Source of the DNA: Promethearchaeia archaeon
Lineage (GTDB): Archaea; Asgardarchaeota; Lokiarchaeia; Sigyniarchaeales; SOKP01
NCBI GenBank assembly: GCA_029856145.1
Contig: JAHQWK010000001.1
Coordinates: forward strand, 512,001-576,000
Direction: 5' to 3'
DNA length: 64,000 bases
Shown here piece after piece: positions 1 to 10,630 of the stretch. Positions within the stretch are counted from its first letter, which is position 1, and each line of letters starts with the position of its first letter. Position numbers and translations under genes: made by a program. The notes beneath the pieces are model-generated. The model searched no databases. It saw only the letters and a list, made by a program, of their open reading frames with translations, and had not been told where the DNA came from.

Positions 1-1
1 G

Positions 2-1204
2 CTGCATTTTAGAAATACTGAGATTTATGATTCTTTGATTAATGCTATTGTAAAAATTGGAAAAAAAGGAAATTTAGAAATTATTTATGATTATATTGAT
101 ACAGAGGACCCTCACATCAAAAGAGAAATTCCCATAATACTTGGTAAGATAGGAAGTAAAGAGAGCGCAGCTGTTTTAATCGATTTTTTGAAAGATGATA
201 ATCCAATTATAAGAAAAAATTCAATAAAGGCATTAGATGGAATAATTGAATTAAGGAATGTAAAGCATGTTATTGATCTTTTAACAGATCAAGATATTGA
301 GGTAAGGAAAGAAGTTATTCGAGTCTTAGGTAATGTTAGAAGTAAGAGGGCAATCAATCCATTAATTGAATCACTAAAAGAAAATGATGCAAAAATCAGG
401 AATCTTGCTAAAAATGCTCTTTATAAAATTCTTGAGAAAACTAAATCATATGAACCACTTTTTGAGGTTGTAAAAGGAAGAAATATTAATGCAAGAAGAG
501 AAGCAGTAAAACTATTAGGAATGTTAAAAGATGTTGCTGCTATTAATTTATTGATATCTCTTTTTAATAGTAAAGTAGCAAGTTTACGAGGTTCTGCTTA
601 TCGATCTCTCTTAAGAATTTTAGATAATAAAATCGATAATAAGATTATTAGCGCACTATCGGATAAATCTTGGCAAATAAGAATGTTTTGTGCTAAAATT
701 ATAGGTGAAATTGCTGATCCGAGTACTATCGATCATTTATTTAATTTATTCGAAGATGAAAATGGAAGTGTAAGGAAAGTAGCTGTGGATGCATTAGTCA
801 AATTTGATAATAAAAAAGTAATAGACTTTGCAATTGAATCGTTGAAGAGTTCAAATTGGAAGACACGTAGAGCTGCAGTCAACTTATTGTTAAGAACTGG
901 AAGTAAGGAATCATTCAATTCTCTAATTTCTTGTTTAAATGATGAAGATGTATATATAAAAAGTTGGGCTGCTATGGCATTAGGAAAACTTAAAGATATA
1001 GATTCTATTGAACCTTTTATTCAATTATTAAAAGAAAATGACGATAAAATACGAATATCAGCGATTAAAGCATTAGGTGAAATTGGAAATAAAGACGCAA
1101 TTAAACCTTTAATTGAAGTATTAGGAGATGATAATTGGGACGTACGAAAAGAAATAGAGAACACTCTTAATCAGATTGATCCAGATTGGATGAGCTACTT
1201 ATAA
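2..1204 (+). CDS. HEAT/PBS-lyase repeat protein (5'-partial)
   Basis: About 12 repeats of ~31 aa (e.g. L.D.N..VR..A..ALG.IG); the frame is open back to position 2, so the true start lies upstream of the window. Confidence 0.9.
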   Translation: MHFRNTEIYDSLINAIVKIGKKGNLEIIYDYIDTEDPHIKREIPIILGKIGSKESAAVLIDFLKDDNPIIRKNSIKALDGIIELRNVKHVIDLLTDQDIEVRKEVIRVLGNVRSKRAINPLIESLKENDAKIRNLAKNALYKILEKTKSYEPLFEVVKGRNINARREAVKLLGMLKDVAAINLLISLFNSKVASLRGSAYRSLLRILDNKIDNKIISALSDKSWQIRMFCAKIIGEIADPSTIDHLFNLFEDENGSVRKVAVDALVKFDNKKVIDFAIESLKSSNWKTRRAAVNLLLRTGSKESFNSLISCLNDEDVYIKSWAAMALGKLKDIDSIEPFIQLLKENDDKIRISAIKALGEIGNKDAIKPLIEVLGDDNWDVRKEIENTLNQIDPDWMSYL

Positions 1205-1255
1205 AAATTGATTATTATAACCAAAATTAACCTTTAAAAAATACTAAATTTAAAA

Positions 1256-1678
1256 TTAATACATTTTAATAATTTTTTGAATTATTCCCTCTAATTTGCT
1301 TAAAATATAAGAAACTTTAGATTCCCTATTAATAATTAATATTAAAAATGTATTATTATCACATTCAAAAATTAGTATTGTTTTATCTTCTAATTCTGCA
1401 ATGACTTTAATAATTTCTTGATTACCTATTGCTTCTCCAATTCCTACGGCGCTTTCCAAAACGGAAGCACACATAGATACAAATTCTTTACTTTTAAAAT
1501 CATTTCCTAAATTTTCTATTATAAGACCTCCGTCTCTATATGCAAAAATAGCCCCATCTAAGTTTCCCTTATTTTTTAGTTCATTAAGGAGTAGAGACAA
1601 CTCACCGAAATGCTGCAAATTAGAATGATTCATACTATTCATTAAATAAGATACTTCAGTTTCTATAAATATGGACAA
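1256..1678 (-). CDS. Roadblock/LC7 domain protein
   Basis: GAIFAYRDGGLII, MCASVLESA, then alternating beta strands and a C-terminal helix: roadblock pattern. Confidence 0.8.
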   Translation of the reverse strand: MSIFIETEVSYLMNSMNHSNLQHFGELSLLLNELKNKGNLDGAIFAYRDGGLIIENLGNDFKSKEFVSMCASVLESAVGIGEAIGNQEIIKVIAELEDKTILIFECDNNTFLILIINRESKVSYILSKLEGIIQKIIKMY

Positions 1679-1710
1679 TTAAATAAAACTATTTAATCAT
1701 TATATTATAT

Positions 1711-3126
1711 ATGGAAATCGCAAATTCAGAAACAAATATAATTGAATTAATACGAAATTCAAATAAGCCATTTATTGAAAATGAATTGCGTCTATTTCTA
1801 ACAATTCCAAGTAATACTCTTAATCATGAAGGAATAGCAAAAGCCAAAAATTATCTTATCTCTTACATCTCTGAAATTTCTGAAGAAATAAATGAATATA
1901 AAGGAGTAATAAATCCATTAATCCTTGCTAAAGTAGAGGGAAAAATAAAGGAATCACTCTTGATATACATGATGTATGATACTCAACCTGTTAATAAAGA
2001 AAAAGAATGGATAAGTAACCCATTTGGAGCAGAAATTAAGATTCTACCTTCACCTCTTAATAAATTAGGCAATTGCATTATAGCAAGGGGTGCTTATAAT
2101 TCAAAAACTCCATTATTATGTTTTTTAAATATTATAAAAATCTTGAAAAAAAACGATTGCCTTCCAATTTCTTTATTACTTTTATTTGATGGTGAAGAGG
2201 AAAAGGGGTCACCTTCTCTTCTAAGATTTCTTGAAAATAACACTCATAGAAAAATGTTCGAAAATTGCATAGATGCTTATTATCCCTCAACAAAACAAGA
2301 TCTTAACCGAAAATCCGTTTTAAAATTAGGATATAAAGGTATTCTATCGTTAACAATTAGAATTTCATCAAGAAATAAAGAACCACATTCAGCTTTTGGT
2401 GGTATGATTCCTAATCCTGCAACTGATTTGGTCTCTTTACTTAATACAATTTATACCAATAATGAATTTCAAATCGATAGCTTGAAAAACCCATATGACC
2501 TTACTGATGATGAGCAATCTCTCATTGATATGCTTATTAAAGAACTTGATTTAGAAAAAATTAAGGAGAAAGCGGGAATACAACAAACAATTGAAGATAA
2601 TCCTCAAAAAGCCTTTATAAATTATTTATTTAATCCTACTTTCAATATTTCTACTCTAAGGTCAGGATTTTTAGAGGAAGGGACAAAAAATTATGTACCT
2701 AATGAAGCTATATGCAATATAGATATTAGATTCGCTCGTGATGTTACAATTGAAGAAATTTTTAAAGAAATTAAAGAAAAAGTAGATTTTTTCTCCAAAA
2801 GCACTAAATCTCAAGTTGAGATAGCTAAAAATATAGGTTATGAAAGCTCACGGGTCAAAAAAGATTCAACTCTTGTTAAGAGTCTAATTAATAGTACTGA
2901 AAGTCTAGGCTTTACAACTGAACTTTGGCCTTTAAGTGCAGCCGCAGCCCCATTAAGTAAAATTCAAAAAGTATTAGGATTAAATTTCATTACTGGAGGT
3001 TTGGGTATTGGGGGATTTGCTCATTCTGCAAATGAATTCATTCAGTATGATTCAATAATTAATACTAGACTAGCTGATTATCATTTCCTAAAGAATTATT
3101 CAAAAATGGTAAAAGAAAACTTGTAA
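1711..3126 (+). CDS. M20/M25/M40 family metallohydrolase (ArgE/DapE-like), with atypical metal ligands
   Basis: YMMYDTQP, ARGAYNSK, DGEEEKGS, dimerisation domain, AHSANE. Confidence 0.85.
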   Translation: MEIANSETNIIELIRNSNKPFIENELRLFLTIPSNTLNHEGIAKAKNYLISYISEISEEINEYKGVINPLILAKVEGKIKESLLIYMMYDTQPVNKEKEWISNPFGAEIKILPSPLNKLGNCIIARGAYNSKTPLLCFLNIIKILKKNDCLPISLLLLFDGEEEKGSPSLLRFLENNTHRKMFENCIDAYYPSTKQDLNRKSVLKLGYKGILSLTIRISSRNKEPHSAFGGMIPNPATDLVSLLNTIYTNNEFQIDSLKNPYDLTDDEQSLIDMLIKELDLEKIKEKAGIQQTIEDNPQKAFINYLFNPTFNISTLRSGFLEEGTKNYVPNEAICNIDIRFARDVTIEEIFKEIKEKVDFFSKSTKSQVEIAKNIGYESSRVKKDSTLVKSLINSTESLGFTTELWPLSAAAAPLSKIQKVLGLNFITGGLGIGGFAHSANEFIQYDSIINTRLADYHFLKNYSKMVKENL

Positions 3127-3127
3127 T

Positions 3128-4282
3128 TTAATCAAATATTCCTCTTAATCCCCTTTTTTTTGCCTTTATTGCATTCTCAGGACATAATTCCATACAACAT
3201 AAACAAGAAATACATTTTTTCCTTGAGAACATTGGATAATTCCCTTCTTCAAATTTTATTGCTTCTGCAGGACAAATTTCAGCGCATTGACCACATTGTG
3301 CGCATTTTTCCTTTATTAAATCTGGAATTTTTTTCATTATTTTATAAGCAAGATGTCCAGTAATATAACTAATAAAACTTGTCATATTACTTCCAAGGAC
3401 ATTAAATTTAGGGGTTTGATTTTTAGCTTCATCTAAAGACATTCCAACAATCTCAATTTTGTCTAAATCTCCGACACCTAAGTCTCTTTCGATAGCATTT
3501 TTAATATGAGGAACATTTTTCGCTTTTAGTTTTCCAATTTCTAACGCAATAATATCTAACGCTAGCTCATCTGTTCCGGCCAAAATTAAATTCCATTTAA
3601 CCATTTTACCTGCAGCAGGACCCATTGAACCTTCCATAATCTCTTGTAAGTCATATACAGTTAATCTTTTTGGTTTATGTTTTAAAACCCATGAAAAATT
3701 ATCTGCAAGAACCTCTCCAAATCTATCAGCAGTTTTTCCTAATAAGTGATACTTAGCTTTTAACCCTCCCGGAATTATGCCCCAATAGTTTTTTATTGCT
3801 CCTGTAATCATAGCTTCTGCATGACTTTTAAGTCGTGGCAAATTTATCAAAATATCGCAATTTTTAATGGCTTTAGCGACATGAAAATTTTTCATTTGTA
3901 TAGCATCTTCGATTGTTTCAACTACTGGCACATCCCTTTCAAAATCAATAACTTTAATATCGTTTTTTTTACAAATATCTAATACTCCAATTTCTCTTGC
4001 TACGTCAGAGGCATTTGTTCCCTGTTGTCCAGGAGAATCTCCAAGAGAGACATTATTCATAGATATTCCCTTCTCTTTTAAATAAGAAATAACCCCTTCA
4101 ACAAAATCAGGCTGAGTACATGCGTCTTTCTTTGCTCTAAGAAAATTAGGTTTCAAAAGAATTTGGTTAGAATTGGAAAAATCAAATGATAGATTATCTT
4201 CAACTAACTTAATAGCTCCAACTACAGCCTTAGAAATAGAATCATAATCCCTAACATTTACAATACTAACTCTTGTAGACAT
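3128..4282 (-). CDS. DUF362 domain protein with C-terminal 2x[4Fe-4S] ferredoxin
   Basis: ILLKPN, NLPRLKSH..TGAIKN; two CxxCxxCxxxCP motifs. Confidence 0.9.
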   Translation of the reverse strand: MSTRVSIVNVRDYDSISKAVVGAIKLVEDNLSFDFSNSNQILLKPNFLRAKKDACTQPDFVEGVISYLKEKGISMNNVSLGDSPGQQGTNASDVAREIGVLDICKKNDIKVIDFERDVPVVETIEDAIQMKNFHVAKAIKNCDILINLPRLKSHAEAMITGAIKNYWGIIPGGLKAKYHLLGKTADRFGEVLADNFSWVLKHKPKRLTVYDLQEIMEGSMGPAAGKMVKWNLILAGTDELALDIIALEIGKLKAKNVPHIKNAIERDLGVGDLDKIEIVGMSLDEAKNQTPKFNVLGSNMTSFISYITGHLAYKIMKKIPDLIKEKCAQCGQCAEICPAEAIKFEEGNYPMFSRKKCISCLCCMELCPENAIKAKKRGLRGIFD

Positions 4283-4533
4283 AGCTTATATTGATTAAAT
4301 TTTTTGTTTTTTAAAATATTTCTTCTAATAAATTGTAAAAAATATTTTAAATTTGAGATTATTAGGTATCTAAAACCAATTATTTTTAATAATCTAATCC
4401 ATTATATTTATAAAAAAATTTATATCAACTAAGTCAAATAAAAGGTTACTTACTAGTGTTTTTAATTAAATTTTGCTAGTATAAATAGGCTAATAAAAAC
4501 TGAATGATTAAATTAACTAAATAGAAGGAGAGG

Positions 4534-5076
4534 GTGAAGGAAATGGTTGATGCGATGTTTAAAATCGTGTTTTTTGGAGACGGAGGGGTTGGAAAAACAA
4601 CTCTAATTAACCGTTTTCTCACGGGTGTTTTCAGAAGCGATTCGCAAATTACGATAGGGGTTGACTTTCACGTAAAAAAAGTTGATATTAATGGAAATAG
4701 AGTTAGTTTACAAATCTGGGATTTTGCTGGTGAAGATAGGTTTAGATTTCTTATGCCTAGTTATGTTGTTGGGGCCTCTGGAGGAATCTTTATGTTTGAC
4801 ATAACAAGATATACTAGTCTTAAAAATTTTGACGACTGGATTGAAATATTTAAAAAAGGTTATAAAGGGGATAATCATCAAATGCCCGTTCTTATGGTAG
4901 GCAGTAAACTAGATCTTGAGTATAAAAGAGCAGTATCTAGAGATGAAGCATTTGAGTTGGCAAAAAAGAATAATCTTTTTGGTTACCTTGAATGTTCTGC
5001 TAAAAGTGGTGAAAATGTAGAAGATATCTTCCAAGAAATAAGTCGATTGATGATGATTAAAGCAGGACTCTTATAA
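4534..5076 (+). CDS. Rab-like small GTPase (Ras superfamily)
   Basis: G1 GDGGVGKT, G2 TIGVDF, G3 WDFAGE, G4 SKLD, G5 ECSAK; GTG start after a GGAG-type SD. Confidence 0.95.
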   Translation: MKEMVDAMFKIVFFGDGGVGKTTLINRFLTGVFRSDSQITIGVDFHVKKVDINGNRVSLQIWDFAGEDRFRFLMPSYVVGASGGIFMFDITRYTSLKNFDDWIEIFKKGYKGDNHQMPVLMVGSKLDLEYKRAVSRDEAFELAKKNNLFGYLECSAKSGENVEDIFQEISRLMMIKAGLL

Positions 5077-5093
5077 ATATTCTTTAATAGGTA

Positions 5094-5939
5094 CTATTTT
5101 TTAAACATCTCATTCAAATTCTTAATTATTATATCGGGAATTAAATTCCTATCAATATTTTCAGATTTTATAGATCTCATTTTTAAATCATTAATTATTT
5201 CCATTGTAGTAACTCCTGTTAAAACAGCTATAGTTTTTATACCTGCTCGATTACCTGCTAAAATATCAGTATTCAAGCGATCTCCAAAAATACAAGCTTT
5301 TTCGGCAGGTATTTGGGTATCATTCAATATCAAATTAATACCAAACGGTTCAGGCTTTCCAAAAATTCTTACTGGCTCTTTCCCTGTACATGTTTTTAGA
5401 GCATTCACCATTACACCGGCTCCCGGTTTAAGACCACGAACAACTGGTAAGGTTGAATCCGCGTTTGTCGCATAAAATTGGGCATTACCTTCTAAAATAC
5501 ATTTTTGGGCTGTTGCTAAATTTTGATATTTAAAATCTCTGTCAAGCCCTACAATGACAAAATTGATATCATTGTAATTAGAAACTTCTTCTATTACATT
5601 ATGCCCTTGAGCTTTTAGTTCTGATCTTAATCCCCTTTCTCCAATCACGAATATTTTAGCATTTTTCTTTATTTTTGTTATTTCTGTAGAAGTAATTGAA
5701 GCACTTGTATAAAAATCGGATATTTCACACTCAATGCCGAATTTTTTTAATCTTTCAACATATATCTGCCTTGTTACCGTAGAATTATTAGAATTAAATA
5801 CTACTTTTATTGATCTTTCTTTTAGTTCTTTAACGATTTCATCTGAATGAGGGATTAATGTATCTCCACGATAAATTACTCCATCTAAATCAAATATAGC
5901 TAGTTCTATGTTTTTTAAATCGTCTATTAATTCACGCAT
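5094..5939 (-). CDS. HAD-IIA family phosphatase (NagD-like)
   Basis: FDLDGVIY, SNNS, GKPEP, GDRLNTDI. Confidence 0.92.
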   Translation of the reverse strand: MRELIDDLKNIELAIFDLDGVIYRGDTLIPHSDEIVKELKERSIKVVFNSNNSTVTRQIYVERLKKFGIECEISDFYTSASITSTEITKIKKNAKIFVIGERGLRSELKAQGHNVIEEVSNYNDINFVIVGLDRDFKYQNLATAQKCILEGNAQFYATNADSTLPVVRGLKPGAGVMVNALKTCTGKEPVRIFGKPEPFGINLILNDTQIPAEKACIFGDRLNTDILAGNRAGIKTIAVLTGVTTMEIINDLKMRSIKSENIDRNLIPDIIIKNLNEMFKK

Positions 5940-5975
5940 AGTTTTTAATAAATCATTTATTTATATGAATCTTAA

Positions 5976-7118
5976 TTACCAACCGATTGGTAAACCTAAT
6001 AAGAGAAATCCAAGCTGGATTCCAATCGGAATGAATATTGGATTTAAAATGTTATCAGCAGTGTATATTGGAAAATAGTCAGTAATAAAGAAAATTACAG
6101 CACCTATTATTGCATATATGGGTCCTACGAGGATTAAACCAATTATATACGCTACAACTGTACCTGCAAGAAAACCTTCCACAGATTTACTGTCTTTACT
6201 CCTTACTTTGACCTTGTGTTTTCCATATCTTCTTCCAATTAAAGCAGCTGCTGCATCAGATAGACATGCTATAAGGACTCCTGAAAAAAAAGCTAAAATA
6301 TCGATTAATCCCACCATATAAAGCATATAGGAAAAAATAAAACCGGTAATTATGTAAATTTGCGGACCCATAGCATTTAACTCTTTCTTTCGTAACATTG
6401 AGTGTGTTAGAAAATTAAAAAGTGAATATTCTGGACCCCTAAGAACTCTGATTAAATCAGAAATTAATGCAAACATTAAGGCTCCTATTAAAGCCATCAT
6501 GGTGAGGTGCTTAAGGCCTCGAGGATCACCTAGACTATATTCAAATAAAGATATATCCCCCCAAATAAATTCATATGCAGGTTTTATATCATTAATAAGC
6601 ATAACTACACCATCACTTATTAGTTGTATAAGTGGTGGGAGTAGAAAAAACCCAAAATATCCTATTAATAATACCAATCCCATTAAATGAAAACTTTTTC
6701 GAATTAGCTCCATTTTAAATGAGATATCTTCCAGATATGGATTTTCTTTTGTTAGTCTTTCCACATATCTTCTTAAAATGGATTTTTTACTATTAACCAA
6801 TTCCACATCTTCACTTTTTAAATCAATTTTATTAACTACTCTTTTGATTAGCAAGAAAAAAATCAGAGCGACAAGTAAATTTATTCCAATCCACCACACC
6901 ATAAACCCATTATAGGGATAATGAAAAAATCTTATGATGGAATTATAATATCCAAAAATTAAGAAACAAAAGCCACATATAATTGTTGAAATTCCACCAT
7001 ACTTATTTTTTGCTTTAATTCCCTTCCGACCAATATGAAACATTAAAATCATTAAGATAAAAAAAGAGAGAGATAATGTAATATTATAAATATTATCAAC
7101 AGCTGTCCAATAGTCCAT
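5976..7118 (-). CDS. CTP-dependent polyprenol/diacylglycerol kinase family membrane protein (dolichol/phytol kinase, Dgk1-like) with extra N-terminal TM helices
   Basis: RKSFHL, SDAAAALIGRRYGKH, KSVEG, DNILNP. Confidence 0.8.
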   Translation of the reverse strand: MDYWTAVDNIYNITLSLSFFILMILMFHIGRKGIKAKNKYGGISTIICGFCFLIFGYYNSIIRFFHYPYNGFMVWWIGINLLVALIFFLLIKRVVNKIDLKSEDVELVNSKKSILRRYVERLTKENPYLEDISFKMELIRKSFHLMGLVLLIGYFGFFLLPPLIQLISDGVVMLINDIKPAYEFIWGDISLFEYSLGDPRGLKHLTMMALIGALMFALISDLIRVLRGPEYSLFNFLTHSMLRKKELNAMGPQIYIITGFIFSYMLYMVGLIDILAFFSGVLIACLSDAAAALIGRRYGKHKVKVRSKDSKSVEGFLAGTVVAYIIGLILVGPIYAIIGAVIFFITDYFPIYTADNILNPIFIPIGIQLGFLLLGLPIGW

Positions 7119-7189
7119 AATTTATCTGGTAAAGAATTTTATTAATTATTGAAATAATTTATAATCTAATAATTAATTCCGCTTTAATA

Positions 7190-8242
7190 ATGTCTAGACA
7201 TAAAACTGATTTTATTAAAACATTATCAAAAGAACCAACAACCAGAGTTCCATTATATTGTACAGGATACCCAGATTTAGAGTTTATTAACAATTTTGTA
7301 GATCAATATAATCTTAAAACTGAAAAAATCGACTTAATGTTAAATAATAAGAATTATAACATAATTGAACAAATGGGTTTTAATGCTATTTCTCTATGGG
7401 ATTTTCGACGAGGAGAAGGAGGCTATAACTTGAATGATGAAAGAAGAGTAGATGGATGGGGCCGCCTATATAAAGGAGAATGGTATTTATGGGATGGTGT
7501 TTTTAAAGATGAAAAAACGGTACAAAATTGGGAATACTTAAATTTTCCCTCTAAAGAAAACCTAATGAATTTAAAAAATTTTTTAAATAGAGCAAATGTA
7601 AATTTAGAATACGTAATCTCTTTACCTGGTTTATTTGAAAAAACTTGGCAATCAATGAGCTTTCATTATTTCGCTAAATGTTTAAAAAAAAAAAATATTG
7701 AGTTTGTGAAAAGGGTCATCTCTTTTTTCTCAAATTATTTGAAAACATTAATTAAAAATCTCCAAACAACAGGGGCAGAAACATTTCTAATAGCAGATGA
7801 TCTGGGTTATAAGAATAGAACATTCATATCAAAAGAAATGTGGCGAAAACTATTCTATAATAAATATAAGGAAATTATTAATATTATACATCAAAGAAAG
7901 CAACATATCATAATCCATTCTGACGGATATATTTCTGATATGATTGGAACTTTCATAGATTTAGGCTTTGATGCGATTCAAAGTTTAGAACCTAGTGCTG
8001 GAGTGAATATCTTTAGTCTTTTCAAGAAATTTAAAAATCAGATCTGCTTTATTGGAAATCTAGATATGAGTCTCCTGTCTTTTGGTACACCACAAGAAGT
8101 AAGAAACTATACCAAAAAATTAATTACAAAAGCAAAAGAAAATAAATGCCCTTTAGTAGTTTCACCATCACATCAAATCAATATAAAATGTAAACCCAAA
8201 AATATTAATGCAATAATTGAAACGACTAAAATATTTAAATAA
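7190..8242 (+). CDS. Uroporphyrinogen decarboxylase / MtaA-CmuA methyltransferase superfamily protein
   Basis: ADDLG, HSDG, GNLD, GTPQEV, SPSH. Confidence 0.85.
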   Translation: MSRHKTDFIKTLSKEPTTRVPLYCTGYPDLEFINNFVDQYNLKTEKIDLMLNNKNYNIIEQMGFNAISLWDFRRGEGGYNLNDERRVDGWGRLYKGEWYLWDGVFKDEKTVQNWEYLNFPSKENLMNLKNFLNRANVNLEYVISLPGLFEKTWQSMSFHYFAKCLKKKNIEFVKRVISFFSNYLKTLIKNLQTTGAETFLIADDLGYKNRTFISKEMWRKLFYNKYKEIINIIHQRKQHIIIHSDGYISDMIGTFIDLGFDAIQSLEPSAGVNIFSLFKKFKNQICFIGNLDMSLLSFGTPQEVRNYTKKLITKAKENKCPLVVSPSHQINIKCKPKNINAIIETTKIFK

Positions 8243-8472
8243 TAATTTTGATATTTACTACAAATAAGGTTATTATAAAAATAATAATAGTGCTTAAGAG
8301 TATAATAATACAAAATTTCTAAACTAAATTAATAAGGAAATAATAATATAATTTAATACATAGTAAGAAATAAAAAAAAATAAATAAAATTAAAATAAGT
8401 TAATTATATCTAATATAATAAGATTATATTAGAAATTATATCCTCAATATTTATCCTAATAAACAAAAAAAA

Positions 8473-8850
8473 ATGACTTCCATGGAACCAACTACAGACT
8501 CGCTCGATGACATTTTGAAGAAATTGTTAGCAGCAATCCCAGAAGTGAAAGCCGCCGCAATTGTATCTGCTGAAGGTCTACCAATCGCTTCTGCACTTCC
8601 ACAAGGAGTTGATGAAACAAGGATTGCCGCGATGACTGCTGCATTACTCTCCTTAGCCGAAAGGTCAGTTATCGAGATGGAGAAGGGTGAGTTCGATCAA
8701 TTATATGTTAAGGGAAGCGACGGTTATCTCTTAGTCTTACAAGCTGGTCCCAATGCGGTATTAACAGTTTCTACAACGAAGGATGTAAGATTGGGATTAA
8801 TATTTTTAGATTGTAAGAGAACGTGTGAAAAAATCGCGAAATTAATTTAA
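8473..8850 (+). CDS. Roadblock/LC7 domain protein (MglB-like, conserved type)
   Basis: AAAIVSAEGLPIASALP, RIAAMTAALLSL, VRLGLIFLD. Confidence 0.93.
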   Translation: MTSMEPTTDSLDDILKKLLAAIPEVKAAAIVSAEGLPIASALPQGVDETRIAAMTAALLSLAERSVIEMEKGEFDQLYVKGSDGYLLVLQAGPNAVLTVSTTKDVRLGLIFLDCKRTCEKIAKLI

Positions 8851-9566
8851 TCTTCTTCTATTATCGTATCATTTATCATATCGTAATAAAGATAGATATA
8901 TGAATGTTTTAACACTTCACATTTCTTAAGCATTAGAGCTTTAATGTTGAATAAATCGTCATCAGTCTGAGGAGCGACTCCATCTATTGATGTAGGAGTA
9001 TCCTTTCCGCCAATTAAGCAGGGAGCGATGATAAGAGAAATATGATCTATAAGTTTTTGTTTAAGAAATAAAGAATTCAATATCCCCCCTGATTGAAGTG
9101 ATATCTTTTCAATTTTATAATCTTGCTTTAGTTTTACAAATAATTCTTTAATATTAATCTCATTTGGATAATAAATAATATTCATTTCTTTTTCATTTGC
9201 TATTTCGAAAGCCGGATGGTTTTTGTTGTTTGTTACGATGTAAATAGATTTAAATGAATTTATTAGATAATTGACTCCCATTTTGTTAAGGTGTGGTTTG
9301 CGATCAATAATAATTAGGTTGACATCCTTATGGTTATCCGCTTTTTCACGTAAGTTAACACCAATTTTAGCCAATACTTTTCCACTAATTAACGCATCCC
9401 TTTCAGTTTTAAATAAAAGATCATAGTATTGATAATTTCCTTCTTTAATTCCTTTGATTTTAGGAAAATCGATTTCTTGATCTCGTTTATCAACATCCCC
9501 TGTAGAAATTTTTCCATCCAGTGACTGCATTAGAAAAAGAGTTGTTTCAGGTCGATTCTTATCCAT
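8847..9566 (-). CDS. RibD C-terminal domain / DHFR-like reductase
   Basis: QSLDGKIST, SGGILNS, IAPCLIGG. Confidence 0.85.
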   Translation of the reverse strand: MDKNRPETTLFLMQSLDGKISTGDVDKRDQEIDFPKIKGIKEGNYQYYDLLFKTERDALISGKVLAKIGVNLREKADNHKDVNLIIIDRKPHLNKMGVNYLINSFKSIYIVTNNKNHPAFEIANEKEMNIIYYPNEINIKELFVKLKQDYKIEKISLQSGGILNSLFLKQKLIDHISLIIAPCLIGGKDTPTSIDGVAPQTDDDLFNIKALMLKKCEVLKHSYIYLYYDMINDTIIEED

Positions 9567-9680
9567 TAATTTCTCACTTTTTATATTCTTTTAATAATTT
9601 AATAACAATTAAGTATAGTAATAAAACAATTAATAAACTCATAGTTAGTTGATTTATTAATCTCTTATAATTAAATTAAT

Positions 9681-10115
9681 ATGGAGTCGGTTAAAATCCA
9701 AGATAAAAGAAGTCCATTTTTTATAAATATTGAAGATGCTCCAAAATTCATGCAAATGGAAGGATTAGAGACAACAATTCTTACAGGCATACATGGTGAA
9801 AAGATGATGATGGCGCTCAATGCAACCTTACCAGGTCATTCAGTTCCAACACATTCTCATAAACATGAACAAATTGGCATGGTTTATGGTGGTAAAGCAA
9901 AACTTCGTATCGGAGATGAAGAGCGAATTGTAAAGAAGGGAGATTTTTATTGTATCCCCTCCAACACTCCTCATAGTGATACATGTATAGGCGATGAACC
10001 ATTTATTATGCTAGATATTTTTTATCCATTAAGAAAAGATTTTTTGAAGAAGTTAAGGAGTAAATCTAGAACTCTCAAAATGAATAGAAATATATATAGA
10101 GATTTCAATAAATAA
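9681..10115 (+). CDS. Cupin domain protein
   Basis: PTHSHKHEQ and IPSNTPH cupin motifs. Confidence 0.9.
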   Translation: MESVKIQDKRSPFFINIEDAPKFMQMEGLETTILTGIHGEKMMMALNATLPGHSVPTHSHKHEQIGMVYGGKAKLRIGDEERIVKKGDFYCIPSNTPHSDTCIGDEPFIMLDIFYPLRKDFLKKLRSKSRTLKMNRNIYRDFNK

Positions 10116-10156
10116 AAAAAAAAGAAGATTTAAATTAAGTTTTTTTATCATTTCTT

Positions 10157-10471
10157 TTATCCCTTTATTTTCTTAGCCAATTTCATGAGTAGTGGGACTA
10201 CTTTGACTACTTCCATCGCAGGAGTGCTTTTAATGAACTTAAAAATACCTGGTTTTGCAATTCTCCACATACCCGTTATTTCTGTCAATTGCTCTTCAGT
10301 TTCAGCTTCTACTATGGTTATACCCCAATAATCAGAAGCGCTAACATACCATGCAATTTCTTTAGTACCTTCCACTGGCCACAATTTTTTGCTTATTAAC
10401 GTTTGGGCAACTCCTGCTAATTCTGATGGATCAAAATCTGGATTAAGTTCCCAATAAGTGATAAAAATCAT
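10157..10471 (-). CDS. Small ferredoxin-like-fold protein (DUF3303-like)
   Basis: MxFITYWE...G..IVEAE...W...TPAM pattern; GGAGGT SD upstream. Confidence 0.6.
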   Translation of the reverse strand: MIFITYWELNPDFDPSELAGVAQTLISKKLWPVEGTKEIAWYVSASDYWGITIVEAETEEQLTEITGMWRIAKPGIFKFIKSTPAMEVVKVVPLLMKLAKKIKG

Positions 10472-10630
10472 TTTATTACCTCCTTTACATTCTTAAGATT
10501 GGATTTGTTTTTGTATAGTCCTTTAAGCTATACACTACAATCCTATATTCATACTTATTATTTAAGGATTTCTAAAGCATTTCAAGTTATTAAAAAGAAG
10601 AAGATTGATTTCATTCAAAATCCAGTTCAA

